Source of the DNA: Halanaerobiales bacterium
Lineage (GTDB): Bacteria; Bacillota; Halanaerobiia; DY22613
Direction: 5' to 3'
Assembly: GCA_030627905.1 (NCBI GenBank)
Contig: DAOVRZ010000016.1
Span: 1,897 to 65,896, forward strand
Length of the DNA stretch: 64,000 bases
Numbering within the stretch: the stretch's first letter is position 1; every line of letters begins with the position of its first letter. This document shows, piece after piece, positions 21,765 to 31,764 of the stretch. Position numbers and translations under genes: made by a program. The notes beneath the pieces were generated by a model, which saw only the letters and a program-made list of their open reading frames with translations, was not told the DNA's origin and did no database searches.

Positions 21765-22775
21765 GTGGAAGTAGTGCGATGGAGTAAATTTAGAAAATAC
21801 GTAAAGAAATATCTAGCTGAAAGATTAACCCTCACTATAATTCCTCATTCTAAAGGCACTATGCATCAAATTCATCTTCCGCGAGTAGTGTATATAGTGT
21901 TACTTCTGTTTTTAACGAGTTATCTTGTTGGTGTTACATATCAATATAAAAGAACTGCCTTTAAGTATGAAGTGGCTAAGACTATTATAGTTGATCTGCA
22001 GAGTCTGAAAGTAGAAAATATGAGTTTAAAAACAGGTTTAGTGCAAGTAGTAAAAGAGACAGAAAGAATGAGAGAAATCTTGCAAAACTTAGAGGAAAAA
22101 GGGGAACAAATTGAGGAATTGATTTCAGATAATGATGAAATGGATAATTATGATGATGTTAAAAACCTTGTTTTCTTTAATTACACTTTGTTAGCTGAGG
22201 ATTATGACCAACCATTAGGCGGAGGAGACGATTTGTTAAGAGAAGATGCCTTTGAAATGTTGACTCAAATTCGAGAAGATTTGAGGATGCTTAGAGTTGA
22301 CATTCCATTTCAGCAAGAAGTTATGGAAGATTTAGAGGTTAATATTGAAGATTATAATGCTCTAATGGCAGCTACTCCAATGGGGTGGCCTTTAAAGGAT
22401 GATGGGAAAGGTTATATTTCTTCCCAATTTGGTTTTAGAAAAGATCCAATTACAAACAAGCAGGCTTTTCATGAAGGTTTAGATATTGGAGTTTGGTATG
22501 GAACACCAGTAATAGCTACAGCAGCAGGAAAAGTGGTTTATGCTGATTGGAGAGGCGGTTATGGGCGAATGGTTATGATTGACCATGGTTACGGATATCA
22601 GACATATTATGCTCATAACAACAAATTAGTGGTAAAATCAGGACAAACAGTAAAGCGTGGAGATATAGTAGCTTACTCAGGAAATTCAGGTAAAAGTACA
22701 GGACCACATTTACATTATGAAGTTCGGGTTAATGGCGTTCCAAAAAATCCCAGGGATTTTCTGAAAACAAAATGA
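21765..22775 (+). CDS. M23 family metallopeptidase (LytM-like)
   Basis: C-terminal motifs HEGLDIG, YAHNNKL and GNSGKSTGPHLHYEV. N-terminal TM helix and coiled coil. The exact start is uncertain. Confidence 0.9.
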   Translation: MEVVRWSKFRKYVKKYLAERLTLTIIPHSKGTMHQIHLPRVVYIVLLLFLTSYLVGVTYQYKRTAFKYEVAKTIIVDLQSLKVENMSLKTGLVQVVKETERMREILQNLEEKGEQIEELISDNDEMDNYDDVKNLVFFNYTLLAEDYDQPLGGGDDLLREDAFEMLTQIREDLRMLRVDIPFQQEVMEDLEVNIEDYNALMAATPMGWPLKDDGKGYISSQFGFRKDPITNKQAFHEGLDIGVWYGTPVIATAAGKVVYADWRGGYGRMVMIDHGYGYQTYYAHNNKLVVKSGQTVKRGDIVAYSGNSGKSTGPHLHYEVRVNGVPKNPRDFLKTK

Positions 22776-22790
22776 TAGGAGGAAGATGAA

Positions 22791-23225
22791 ATGTTCAGTA
22801 AACAGAAGAAAAAGGCTGATAGTCCAATTCGTGTCGAAACTATTATTGGAGATGGAACTAGTATAAGTGGAAATTTATACTGTAAAGGATCAATACGTAT
22901 TGAAGGAAAAATAGAAGGTGGAGAAGTTGTAGTCGCGGGCGATGTTTTTGTTGGTAAAGAGGGAAAGATTTTAGCTAATGTAAAAGGACGGAATATTGTG
23001 ATAGCTGGTGAAGTTCGTGGTGAAGTTGATGCTAAAGAGAAATTAGAAATTGTTCCAACTGGAGTTTTAATTGGTGATATTAAAATGTCTACACTTGTAA
23101 TTGAAGATGGAGCTACTTTTAAAGGTAAAAGTGAATCTCGGAAGAGCTTAAATACTGTTACATCAACCACTAACGTTCAAAAACTAGAAAATATTAGTGA
23201 TAAAAATAAAGAAAAAAAAGCATAG
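22791..23225 (+). CDS. Bactofilin (polymer-forming cytoskeletal protein)
   Basis: Beta-helical repeats (I.G.I...G.v.i.G.veG.i). Sits next to an M23 peptidase, a known pairing. Confidence 0.85.
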   Translation: MFSKQKKKADSPIRVETIIGDGTSISGNLYCKGSIRIEGKIEGGEVVVAGDVFVGKEGKILANVKGRNIVIAGEVRGEVDAKEKLEIVPTGVLIGDIKMSTLVIEDGATFKGKSESRKSLNTVTSTTNVQKLENISDKNKEKKA

Positions 23226-23236
23226 ACTGAACTTTA

Positions 23237-23268
23237 ATAATATTTTCGGAAGGAGATAGATCTCCTTC
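23237..23268. repeat. Solo end of the family-2 element
   Basis: aataatattttcggaaggagat shares ttcggaaggagat with 28394-28503. Forms the hairpin gaaggagat-ag-atctccttc. Confidence 0.5.
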
Positions 23269-23358
23269 ATAATTTATTAATGAAAGCTACGAAGTAGATT
23301 ATTTGATAGCTCAGCCTGTTGTAGGCTGAGCTATCCGTACAATTGGGGGGAGCCTGGA

Positions 23359-24243
23359 ATGAAGTATCAATTTATTATAAATCCTATCGCTGGAGGTGGG
23401 CTGGCGAAAAAAAAGTGGGAAGAGATTAAAAGGGTCGTTGAAACAGAAAATCTTAATTATGAAGTTGTTGTTACAAGTTCATCTGGTGATGCCGTCTTTA
23501 TAGCTAAAAAAGGAGTTGAAAAAGGTTTCGATGTGTTGGTTGCAGTGGGAGGAGATGGTACTGTCAACGAAGTTGTACAAGGAATCATAGAATCAGGTGG
23601 AAAAGGTAGTGTTAAATTAGGGATTATACCGGCTGGAACTGGTAATGATCTGGTGAGAACATTGAATATTCCTACTCATGCAGAAGAAGCAGTTAAGGTA
23701 TTAAAAAATGGACATGTTAAAAATATTGATTTAGGCAAAATAAATGGAGATTATTTTATTAATATTGTTGGAATCGGTTTTGATGGTGCTGTGGCGAATG
23801 AGATAAATAGAGATGTGCGTTGGTTGAAGGGGTCATCTGCTTATATCTATGCAATACTTAAAACTTTACTTACATACAAAAGTCCTAAGATGAAGATAAC
23901 GATTGATGATCTTATTTTGAAAGGAAGATATTTTTTAGTTGCTATAGGCAATGCTAGATATTATGGTGGTGGCATAAAAATTTTACCTGATGCTAACCCC
24001 TCTGATGGATTATTTGATATTTGTGTAGTAGAAGATATTCCAAGAATAGAAGTTTTGAAGATGTTACCAAAAATGTCAAAAGGCAAACATTTAGATCATT
24101 CAGCGGTAAAAATTTATCGTGGTAAAAAGATAAAAGTTGATTCAGATGAAAAAGTGTTAGTTCAAGCTGATGGAGAATTAAAGGGAGCATTACCCATGGA
24201 ATTTGAAGTAGAAGCCAACGTTATTCCGGTATTGGTTCCATAA
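23359..24243 (+). CDS. Diacylglycerol/lipid kinase (DagK/YegS family)
   Basis: Motifs VAVGGDGTVNEV and GIIPAGTGNDL. 294 aa. Confidence 0.9.
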   Translation: MKYQFIINPIAGGGLAKKKWEEIKRVVETENLNYEVVVTSSSGDAVFIAKKGVEKGFDVLVAVGGDGTVNEVVQGIIESGGKGSVKLGIIPAGTGNDLVRTLNIPTHAEEAVKVLKNGHVKNIDLGKINGDYFINIVGIGFDGAVANEINRDVRWLKGSSAYIYAILKTLLTYKSPKMKITIDDLILKGRYFLVAIGNARYYGGGIKILPDANPSDGLFDICVVEDIPRIEVLKMLPKMSKGKHLDHSAVKIYRGKKIKVDSDEKVLVQADGELKGALPMEFEVEANVIPVLVP

Positions 24244-24244
24244 T

Positions 24245-24320
24245 GTAAAGAAAAAGGATGGCAAAAATGTTGCGAGGAATTATTCCAAATGCAACTTATT
24301 CTGCCATCCTTTTTCTTTAC
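24245..24320. terminator. Bidirectional long-loop hairpin between convergent dagK and yyaC
   Basis: 19-bp perfect stem gtaaagaaaaaggatggca / tgccatcctttttctttac. Confidence 0.7.
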
Positions 24321-24916
24321 ATAATAGTTTGCTCAGCTTGAGCCTGTTCTTGAAAATATTCACGAATACTAGCATAAATGCTGTAAGAAATGATATCCGC
24401 CATTTTCATCACCAAATTTAGACGAGTGCTTTGTAGGACAAAATATTCCATGTAGCCACCGATATTAACTAAACCAGTAAGGTGCATGTCACCAACTGCT
24501 GTTAATTCCTTATTAACTCCTGTACCTGGTTTAAGGGGGCCTGCTTTGACATCTATATTCCCCACACTACTATGTTTTCCAAGGCCAGCGTCGATGGATA
24601 TGATAAACGGTGAGTGATATTTTTTATTGATCTCTGTAATGACTTCATCAAGATTAAGAGCGTGAACTGGTTCTTCTAAAGTACCAAAAACACGTATATA
24701 CGGTAAATGATATTGATTTAAGTTAGTTCCAACCAAAGGTCCTAGTGCATCGCCTGTTGAACGATCTGTACCAATACAAAGTAAGATAATTGGGTCGGTT
24801 AGTTCTATAGAGTATTTGTAAAGAAAATGGAGCATTGAGTTTTTTAGTTTTAACTTTGCTAAAGAAGTATCCATATGGATACGGGTCTCCACATTAACAT
24901 TGGGGTTGAATTTCAT
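24317..24916 (-). CDS. yyaC: Spore protease YyaC (DUF1256)
   Basis: CIGTDRSTGDALGPLVG motif. 199 aa. Confidence 0.85.
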   Translation of the reverse strand: MKFNPNVNVETRIHMDTSLAKLKLKNSMLHFLYKYSIELTDPIILLCIGTDRSTGDALGPLVGTNLNQYHLPYIRVFGTLEEPVHALNLDEVITEINKKYHSPFIISIDAGLGKHSSVGNIDVKAGPLKPGTGVNKELTAVGDMHLTGLVNIGGYMEYFVLQSTRLNLVMKMADIISYSIYASIREYFQEQAQAEQTIM

Positions 24917-24950
24917 AGACTGCCCTCCAATACCATATTTATGTATGATT

Positions 24951-25066
24951 AGTCCACAAAAAGTAGTCGCTTAAGAATTCACATACCATATATAGTACTG
25001 ATTTAGGCGATTTCAATACTATATATGGTATGTGAATTCTTGGAGGACTAAAATACTTTTTGTGGG
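24951..25066. repeat. ~116-bp composite palindrome in the yyaC / ykvI-like divergent region
   Basis: 25-bp perfect inner arms aagaattcacataccatatatagta (24973-24997 and 25018-25042). Outer arms are ccacaaaaagta / tactttttgtgg. Confidence 0.85.
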
Positions 25067-25174
25067 CGAATCATATTATAGTATATGTAAGAGTAAACTA
25101 ATTTAACATGTAAATATCTTCCTGACCTATAAAAAATTTTTTTTCATATATTTGTGATATAGGAGAAAAAGGGG

Positions 25175-26230
25175 GTGAAGGGGATGAAGAAAAATTGGTC
25201 ATCTCTTTTCATGATATTAAAAATTGCGTTGACTTATGTTGGAGCAGTGATAGGTGCTGGATTTGCATCTGGACAGGAAATATTTGAGTTTTTTGTACAG
25301 TATGGTGATAAAGGGATGATTGGCTTATTTGGAGCGGGTGTTCTCTTTATTCTAGGTGGGATTATATTTCTTAAGCTCGCACAACACTTTAATATTAATA
25401 CATATTACGAAATATTTTATCGGATTTTGGGAAAGCGCTCTGGGTTTATAGTGGATGTAATTTATATTTTGTTTATTTTAGGGAGTGTATCTGTAATGTT
25501 GGCTGGAAGTGGTACAATTTTTCAAGAAACTTTTGGAGTACGTTATAGTGTGGGGGTTTTAATTACTCTGTTAGTAGTGATTATTACGATATTTGCTGGA
25601 GTAAAGGGGATATTGATGGTAAATACTTTTTTAATTCCTATTTTAATGTTGGTGATTATTTATACATGTCTGAGTTATTTAGGATCAGACCTTATTGAAA
25701 CAATAGGGACTTTGTCGCCAATCAGAACGTTCCCCTGGTATTTGAGTGGAATGATGTATGTATCTTTTAATGTGTTCTTATCTATGGCTCTTTTAGTTAC
25801 GATTGGGTCTAAAGTTAAAGAACGAAGAAGTTTAACTTTAGGTGGATTTCTGGGTGGTTTATTATTGATGATATTATTGCTAATGATGGGTTATACGATG
25901 ATTTCTTTTTTTAGTGAGATTAGTTATGTTGAAATGCCCATGTTAATAATTGCAAGTTATTCAGGGGATGTTTTACATATTATTTATACAATCGGTCTTT
26001 GGTTTGCGATGATTACAACAGCTGTAGCTCATGTGTATGCTTTTATTCAAAGAGTGAGTCCATTATTACGATTGAGTTATTACAATAGTGCGATGCTAAC
26101 TGTTGTAATAGTTTTACCATTAACACGATTTGGATTTGCGAATCTGGTAAGATATTTGTACCCATTATATGGTTTAGTGGCCTTAGGGATATTGGTGATG
26201 ATGATAGTGAAATCTGTAAGGGGATATTAG
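25175..26230 (+). CDS. YkvI-family polytopic membrane protein (transporter-like)
   Basis: LTYVGAVIGAGFASGQEIFEFF N-terminus and about 10 TM segments. Confidence 0.65.
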   Translation: MKGMKKNWSSLFMILKIALTYVGAVIGAGFASGQEIFEFFVQYGDKGMIGLFGAGVLFILGGIIFLKLAQHFNINTYYEIFYRILGKRSGFIVDVIYILFILGSVSVMLAGSGTIFQETFGVRYSVGVLITLLVVIITIFAGVKGILMVNTFLIPILMLVIIYTCLSYLGSDLIETIGTLSPIRTFPWYLSGMMYVSFNVFLSMALLVTIGSKVKERRSLTLGGFLGGLLLMILLLMMGYTMISFFSEISYVEMPMLIIASYSGDVLHIIYTIGLWFAMITTAVAHVYAFIQRVSPLLRLSYYNSAMLTVVIVLPLTRFGFANLVRYLYPLYGLVALGILVMMIVKSVRGY

Positions 26231-26234
26231 TACA

Positions 26235-26349
26235 GTGAACTCGTCCAGCTAAAGCTGAACATCGGGGCTTCAGTAGGGGATTCTACCCCCACTGAAGATT
26301 AAAAACAATTCCCACCACTTATAGAAGTGGGGGTCTTAACTCAAAAGAT
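26235..26349 (+). repeat. Family-1 intergenic repeat, copy 4
   Basis: Starts 4 nt after the upstream stop codon. Confidence 0.9.
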
Positions 26350-26509
26350 AAAACGGTAAAATAATTATTAGCTTTTTCTTTATTTCTAAGAGAAAGCCTT
26401 CTTAAGATGTGCAGGAAAATGCTAACCTGTTAAAGAAGTTTATGATATTATACAGCTTGAATTGAAATAAATTAGGATATATTAAAGAGGTAAAAATAAG
26501 GGAGAGTGA

Positions 26510-27043
26510 ATGAAAGTGGATTTTGATAAGAAAGAAGAGCTTTATAAAAAAGGAAAAAAAGCTTTAGAGATGTATAATTTTGATGAGGCAGGAGAATATT
26601 TTTTGCAGATTTTAGAGGAAGAACCGAATGAAACTACAGTTTTGAATAAGATGGGTGTTGTATTTGTTCATCGTGATGATCGAGAAAGAGCAAGAGAATA
26701 TTTCGAACGTTGTTTAGAGTTGGATCCTAATTTTGTAGCAAGTCTTTCTAATATGGCTAGCCTTGAGTTGGAAGACGGAAAGATGAATGAGGCAGAAGTG
26801 CTATTTCGTAATGCATTACGTTTTGATCCTAACTATGGCCCAGCTCATAATAATTTAGCTTATATCTTAAAAAAGACTGGGCGTGTTTCAGAAGCTGTTA
26901 AACATATGAAGAAGGCTCAAAAAGCAGGAACTGCTTCTTTTAGTTATAATCCTCAAAAAGTAAAGAAATTTAGTAAGGGAACTTTGACACTTATTATTCT
27001 TGCTATTATAGCATTAATTCTCTGGTTTTTAACACGCGCTTAA
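26510..27043 (+). CDS. TPR-repeat protein with C-terminal TM anchor
   Basis: TPR-like repeats (A..YF...LE.DPN) and a hydrophobic C-terminus LTLIILAIIALILWFL. Confidence 0.7.
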   Translation: MKVDFDKKEELYKKGKKALEMYNFDEAGEYFLQILEEEPNETTVLNKMGVVFVHRDDRERAREYFERCLELDPNFVASLSNMASLELEDGKMNEAEVLFRNALRFDPNYGPAHNNLAYILKKTGRVSEAVKHMKKAQKAGTASFSYNPQKVKKFSKGTLTLIILAIIALILWFLTRA

Positions 27044-27055
27044 GGGGGTGTATTG

Positions 27056-27247
27056 ATGGATTTACGTTTAGGTGATATAGTTCAGTGTAAGAAAAAGCAT
27101 CCCTGTGGAAGTGATCAGTGGGAGATTATTCGTGTGGGAATGGATATTCGAATTAGGTGTCAAGGATGTGGACGGGTTGTTTTACTTCCTAGACGTAAGT
27201 TTGAAAAAACAGTAAAGAAAATTGCGAATCGTGTAGCAGAAGAATAG
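27056..27247 (+). CDS. DUF951 family protein
   Basis: GDIVQCKKKHPCGSDQWEIIRVGMDIRIRCQGCGRVVLLPRRKFEK, the characteristic DUF951 pattern, upstream of ychF. Confidence 0.8.
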   Translation: MDLRLGDIVQCKKKHPCGSDQWEIIRVGMDIRIRCQGCGRVVLLPRRKFEKTVKKIANRVAEE

Positions 27248-27260
27248 TGGGGGGAGTAAA

Positions 27261-28355
27261 ATGGGATTGCGTATTGGTTTAGTAGGGTTACCAAATGTAG
27301 GTAAATCGACTCTTTTTAATGCATTAACAAGGGCCAGTGTTAGTGCAGAAAATTACCCTTTCTGCACGATTGATCCAAATGTTGGAGTTGTCCCCATACC
27401 TGATTCACGCCTAGAACGTTTAACAGAGATTTATAAACCTAAAAAGACGACACCAACTACTATTGAGTTTGTAGATATTGCAGGTTTGGTTAAAGGAGCC
27501 AGCCGTGGAGAAGGGTTAGGTAATCAGTTTTTAGCTCATATTAGGGAAATGGATGCAATTGCTCAAGTAGTTCGCTGTTTTGAAGATACAGATATTACTC
27601 ATGTGGAATCTGGAATAAATCCTCTTCGTGACATAGAGATTATTAATACAGAGCTTTGTTTGGCAGATTTAGCTACTTTAGATAAGCGCTATGCAAAGAC
27701 AGAAAGATTATTAAAGACGGGTGATCCAATTTATAAAGAAGAACTAAAACGTCTAAATCGTTTAATGGAGGAATTAAACCAGGGTAAATTAGTTAATTTA
27801 TTAGAGTTGGACGAGGTGGAAAAAAAGTTGGTTTACGAACTGCACTTATTAACTAATAAACCGATTTTATATATTGCAAATGTGGCAGAAGGAGAAAATC
27901 CAGAAAATAATGATTATTATACGCAGGTTGTAAATCATGCTGAAAAGGAAGGGACAATAGCAGTTGCTATTAGTGCAAAAATTGAGGCAGATTTGGCTGA
28001 GTTACCTTCTGAGGAGATAGAAATATTTCAGCAAGAGTTAGGAATTGAGAAAACAGGTCTTGAACAGTTGATTCATACTGGATATCAGCTTTTAGATTTG
28101 ATCACATTTTTCACTGGCAATGAGAACGAAGTTCGAGCATGGACTGTGAAAAGGGGAGCAACAGCACCAGAAGCGGCGGGTAAAGTACATACAGATATGC
28201 AACGTGGTTTTATCCGGGCAGAAGTTATAAATTTTTCAGAATTAGATCATTTAGGCTCTGTAGTTAAAGCTAAGGAAGTAGGAAAACTTGGTGTAGAAGG
28301 TAAAGGATATCTAATTAAAGATGGCGATATTTGTTATATTAGGTTCAATGTATGA
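27261..28355 (+). CDS. ychF: Redox-regulated ribosome-binding ATPase YchF
   Basis: GLVGLPNVGKSTLFNALT, DIAGLVKGAS, TGS domain. 364 aa. Confidence 0.96.
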   Translation: MGLRIGLVGLPNVGKSTLFNALTRASVSAENYPFCTIDPNVGVVPIPDSRLERLTEIYKPKKTTPTTIEFVDIAGLVKGASRGEGLGNQFLAHIREMDAIAQVVRCFEDTDITHVESGINPLRDIEIINTELCLADLATLDKRYAKTERLLKTGDPIYKEELKRLNRLMEELNQGKLVNLLELDEVEKKLVYELHLLTNKPILYIANVAEGENPENNDYYTQVVNHAEKEGTIAVAISAKIEADLAELPSEEIEIFQQELGIEKTGLEQLIHTGYQLLDLITFFTGNENEVRAWTVKRGATAPEAAGKVHTDMQRGFIRAEVINFSELDHLGSVVKAKEVGKLGVEGKGYLIKDGDICYIRFNV

Positions 28356-28393
28356 TAAAGTCGATGTAATAACTACGTTATTACATCTTAAGT

Positions 28394-28503
28394 TTAACAA
28401 CTTTCGGAAGGAGATTTCGCCCCTTCAAAGAAGTAGACTTTCTCTGAAGTTTATCCCTACTTACAGAAGTTTGGGGATTTATACCTTCCGGAAATGTTGT
28501 TAA
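28394..28503 (-). repeat. Family-2 MITE-like element, copy A
   Basis: Terminal inverted repeats ttaacaactttcggaagg / ccttccggaaatgttgttaa. Homologous, in reverse orientation, to 31933-32037. Confidence 0.8.
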
Positions 28504-28506
28504 AGC

Positions 28507-28536
28507 TTGACAAATCAAAGCTGGAAATGATATAAT
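28507..28536 (+). promoter_or_regulatory. Sigma-A-type promoter of the rpsF operon
   Basis: TTGACA (28507-28512), 18-nt spacer, TATAAT (28531-28536). Confidence 0.6.
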
Positions 28537-28616
28537 ACGTCTGTTGTAGATTTTCTATTAATCCATGCTCTGTACATGGATACAGAGCCTTAGGCCGAGT
28601 GGAGGAGGTGAAAGTG

Positions 28617-28904
28617 ATGAGAAAGTATGAAACTATTGCTATCATTAGCCCAGAATTAGATGAAGCTGCGATCACAGCAACTATTGATAAGATTAAAGAT
28701 ATTATTACTAACAATAGTGGTGAAGTAGTAAAGGTTGATAACTGGGGAACTAAGAGATTGGCATATGATGTGAAAAAGCATCGTTCTGGTTACTATACTT
28801 GCATTAATTTTAATGCAGTAAATGAAACAATTGACGAGTTGAACAGAAACTATCGTATTACGGATTCTGTAATTAAGTCTATTATTGTACGTCTAGACGA
28901 TTAA
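28617..28904 (+). CDS. rpsF: 30S ribosomal protein S6
   Basis: [16 protein letters not shown]... after GGAGGAGG. The ORF-track start at 28599 is probably too early. Confidence 0.95.
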   Translation: MRKYETIAIISPELDEAAITATIDKIKDIITNNSGEVVKVDNWGTKRLAYDVKKHRSGYYTCINFNAVNETIDELNRNYRITDSVIKSIIVRLDD

Positions 28905-28944
28905 TTTTGGTTATTCTAAGAATTATTATAAGGAGGGGGTTTGT

Positions 28945-29190
28945 GTGTTAAATAGAATAATATTGATTGGCCGTTTAACACGAGATCCAGAGTTGCGTTA
29001 TACCACAAATGGAACTGCAGTAGCTTCGTTTGCACTTGCGGTTGAGCGTCCTTTTGTGAACCAACAAAGTGGTCAACGTGATGCGGATTTTATTGATGTG
29101 GTTGTTTGGCGTAAAATGGCTGAGACTTGCGCAAATCATTTAGGCAAAGGACGTTTAGTTGCTGTTGAAGGCCGTTTACAAATCCGTTCT
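28945..29190 (+). CDS. ssb: Single-stranded DNA-binding protein, exon 1 (82 codons)
   Basis: [33 protein letters not shown]...[11 protein letters not shown] is an OB fold. The sequence diverges exactly where GTGCG begins. Confidence 0.9.
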
Positions 29191-31764
29191 GTGCGTCCGT
29201 ACGGGCGTTTAGTGAATCTACCTTTAGCAGGGTAGCAGGTTAGGTCGCATACTTGAAAATCTGTCATCAGCCGACTTATCCGTAAGGGAAACCAAGCGGG
29301 GAGTGTAGCATGTCGGTAAAGTCATAAGTTGGTTAGTCACTAAGCCACGACTGAATGGCGAGATGAAAAGTTACGAATGAGGATGAAAGCTAAACTGCTT
29401 GAATGATAGTCTGAGGGGGATTAGTTTGGCCTATGACGTAAAGTGGCTATAAACGTCATACAGTTCAGAATAATTTACATAAGAGCGGTGAATTATTCAA
29501 AAAGGATACAGGCCATAGGATCGAGTCTGTATCAGTGACCCTGAACTGCCCATCTTTAGTATAAAGAAAAAGGCAAAAGTCACATCCGACATCGTAATAA
29601 GCTGGTCACTAAACGTACTAAACGGAGATTACCTAAGTTGGATTGCCCAAAATGGGCTATGACTATAAGTAGTCTGAATATCTAATATGGTAACGGAGGT
29701 CTCGTAGTAGTCGGAGATAGGGAAAACCTATTACATGGCGAAGGGGAACAGTTTATCGGTTTAATACAAAATTGGGAAGGTGCGTGAGGCACTATGAGAA
29801 GTCCAAAAGTAGTATTAGACAATTTAGCTTCCAAGGCAAAGACCGTCAATTATAAATATCAACGACTATATAGAAACCTTTACAACATTGAACTCTACCT
29901 TGAAGCATATGCAAGAATATATGCTAACCAAGGCAACATGACACAAGGTACTGATGGGAACACTGTCGATGATATGAGTATTAATAGAATCCAAAGAATC
30001 ATTAATAAGTTAAAAAACCAAAGCTACCAACCTAATCCTGCAAGAAGGGTCTATATACCCAAGAAAAACGGTAGCCAAAGACCTTTAGGGATTCCATCTA
30101 TTGACGACAAACTAGTTCAGGAAATCGTTAGAAGGATTCTGGAAGCCATATATGAAAGCACGTTTTCCAATAAAACGCATGGATTCAGACCGAACAGAAG
30201 CTGTCATACAGCTTTAGAGGAAATTAGAACAACATATACGGGAATTAAATGGTGGCTGGAAGGAGATATTAAAGGCTTCTTTGACAACATTGACCATCAT
30301 ATTCTAATTAACATCCTCAGAAGGAGAATTGATGACGAAAAGTTCATTGATCTCATATGGAAGTTTCTTAAAGCTGGATACATGGAAGAATGGAAATTTC
30401 ATAACACCTATAGCGGTACACCACAAGGCGGCACCATAAGTCCAATTTTGTCGAATATCTATCTAAACGAATTGGATAAATATATGGAAGAATATAAGAA
30501 GAAATTCGATAAAGGAAAAACGAAACAGAGAAGCACAGCATATCGGACAGCCTGCCAAAGAACAGAAAGACTACGTGCGAAATATAAGAAGATATGGCAC
30601 AACTTAAGTGATGAGGAAAAACAACAAGCCATTAAAGAAGTTAAGAAGCTACAAAAGGAAGTGCAGAAACTCCCACGTACAGACCCGCAAGATGGGAGAT
30701 ACAAAAGGTTACAGTATACAAGGTATGCGGATGACTTCTTAATAGGTATTATAGGTAGTAAGGATGATGCTAGAAAGATTAAACAAGACCTTACAATCTT
30801 TCTTATGGATAATCTAAAGTTAGAGTTATCCCAAAGAAAAACCCTTATCACTAACAGTAGAAATAAAGCCAGATTCCTGGGTTACGACATACAGGTAGAT
30901 AGATCTAATAAACCGAAAGTAGCTACAGATGGAATACCAAGAAGAACTTTTAACTTAAAAGTTAGATTACTAATGCCAATGGAAAAATGGAGGGATAAGC
31001 TCCTACAACTCCAAGCAATGGAAATCGACAAGAATGATAAATGGATTCCTATGCATAGACGATATTTAGTCAACAATGATGACCTTGAAATAATCAGCAC
31101 TTATAATGCAGAAATTAGAGGGTTCTATAACTACTATAAACTAGCCCTGAATGTTAGCAATCTGAATAAATTTCATTATGTCATGAAGTTCAGTTTGCTG
31201 AAAACCTATGCCAATAAGTATAGATCAACAATCAAGAAAATGAAGAAAAAGTTTAACGTTGATGGTGAAATAGGAGTTCGATACCGAACAAAAGAAGAAG
31301 AGAAAATTCGCTTCTTTTATAATAAAGGGTATAAAATACAGAGGCTAGAGAAAAAAGCAAATGAAAATGTTGACAATTTGCCTAATATAACGATATATAG
31401 TGGCAGAACGAGTCTAATTGATAGACTACTAGCAGGTAAATGTGAATGGTGTGGTGTAGAGGATGTACCAATTCACATGCATCATGTTAGAAAGTTGAAG
31501 GACTTGCAAGGCAAAAAGCGATGGGAGCAATTAATGATTGGTAGAAAGCGTAAAACCCTTGCTTTATGTCAGTCATGTCACAAAGATTTGCATAATGGAA
31601 TGCTAGATTGATAAACGGAGAGCCGTATACGCTGAGAGGTGTACGTACGGTTCGGAGGGGAGTTCAGGAAAACCTACTTTAAGAAACCATGTTGAAACTC
31701 GTATAGAACATATGACTAGACGAGGGCGGTTGAATTAAGGAAAGGCGTCTGGTTCTTACCCTAC
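29191..31764 (+). mobile_element. Group II intron (2574 nt) with RT-maturase-HNH ORF
   Basis: 5' GTGCG. Domain V GAGCCGTATACGCTGAGAGGTGTACGTACGGTTC at 31620-31653. The 3' end is ...CCCTAC. The flanking exons join in frame. Confidence 0.9.
29794..31611 (+). CDS. ltrA: Group II intron reverse transcriptase/maturase with HNH endonuclease domain
   Basis: RT motifs (RPLGIPSIDDKLVQE, GTPQGGTISPILSNIYL, YTRYADDFLIG), X/thumb domain, and C-terminal CEWCG...HMHHV...CQSCHKDLH. Confidence 0.95.
   Translation: MRSPKVVLDNLASKAKTVNYKYQRLYRNLYNIELYLEAYARIYANQGNMTQGTDGNTVDDMSINRIQRIINKLKNQSYQPNPARRVYIPKKNGSQRPLGIPSIDDKLVQEIVRRILEAIYESTFSNKTHGFRPNRSCHTALEEIRTTYTGIKWWLEGDIKGFFDNIDHHILINILRRRIDDEKFIDLIWKFLKAGYMEEWKFHNTYSGTPQGGTISPILSNIYLNELDKYMEEYKKKFDKGKTKQRSTAYRTACQRTERLRAKYKKIWHNLSDEEKQQAIKEVKKLQKEVQKLPRTDPQDGRYKRLQYTRYADDFLIGIIGSKDDARKIKQDLTIFLMDNLKLELSQRKTLITNSRNKARFLGYDIQVDRSNKPKVATDGIPRRTFNLKVRLLMPMEKWRDKLLQLQAMEIDKNDKWIPMHRRYLVNNDDLEIISTYNAEIRGFYNYYKLALNVSNLNKFHYVMKFSLLKTYANKYRSTIKKMKKKFNVDGEIGVRYRTKEEEKIRFFYNKGYKIQRLEKKANENVDNLPNITIYSGRTSLIDRLLAGKCEWCGVEDVPIHMHHVRKLKDLQGKKRWEQLMIGRKRKTLALCQSCHKDLHNGMLD

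Noticed and set aside
28321-28714. ORFs 28321-28503(+) and 28457-28714(-)
   Set aside because: They are read out of the family-2 repeat, the rpsF promoter and leader, and the antisense strand of rpsF. There is no RBS and no recognisable domain.
29191-29235. C-terminal 14 codons of the 96-aa ssb ORF ([14 protein letters not shown])
   Set aside because: This is read-through into the group II intron, which starts with GTGCG. The genuine continuation is exon 2 at 31765.
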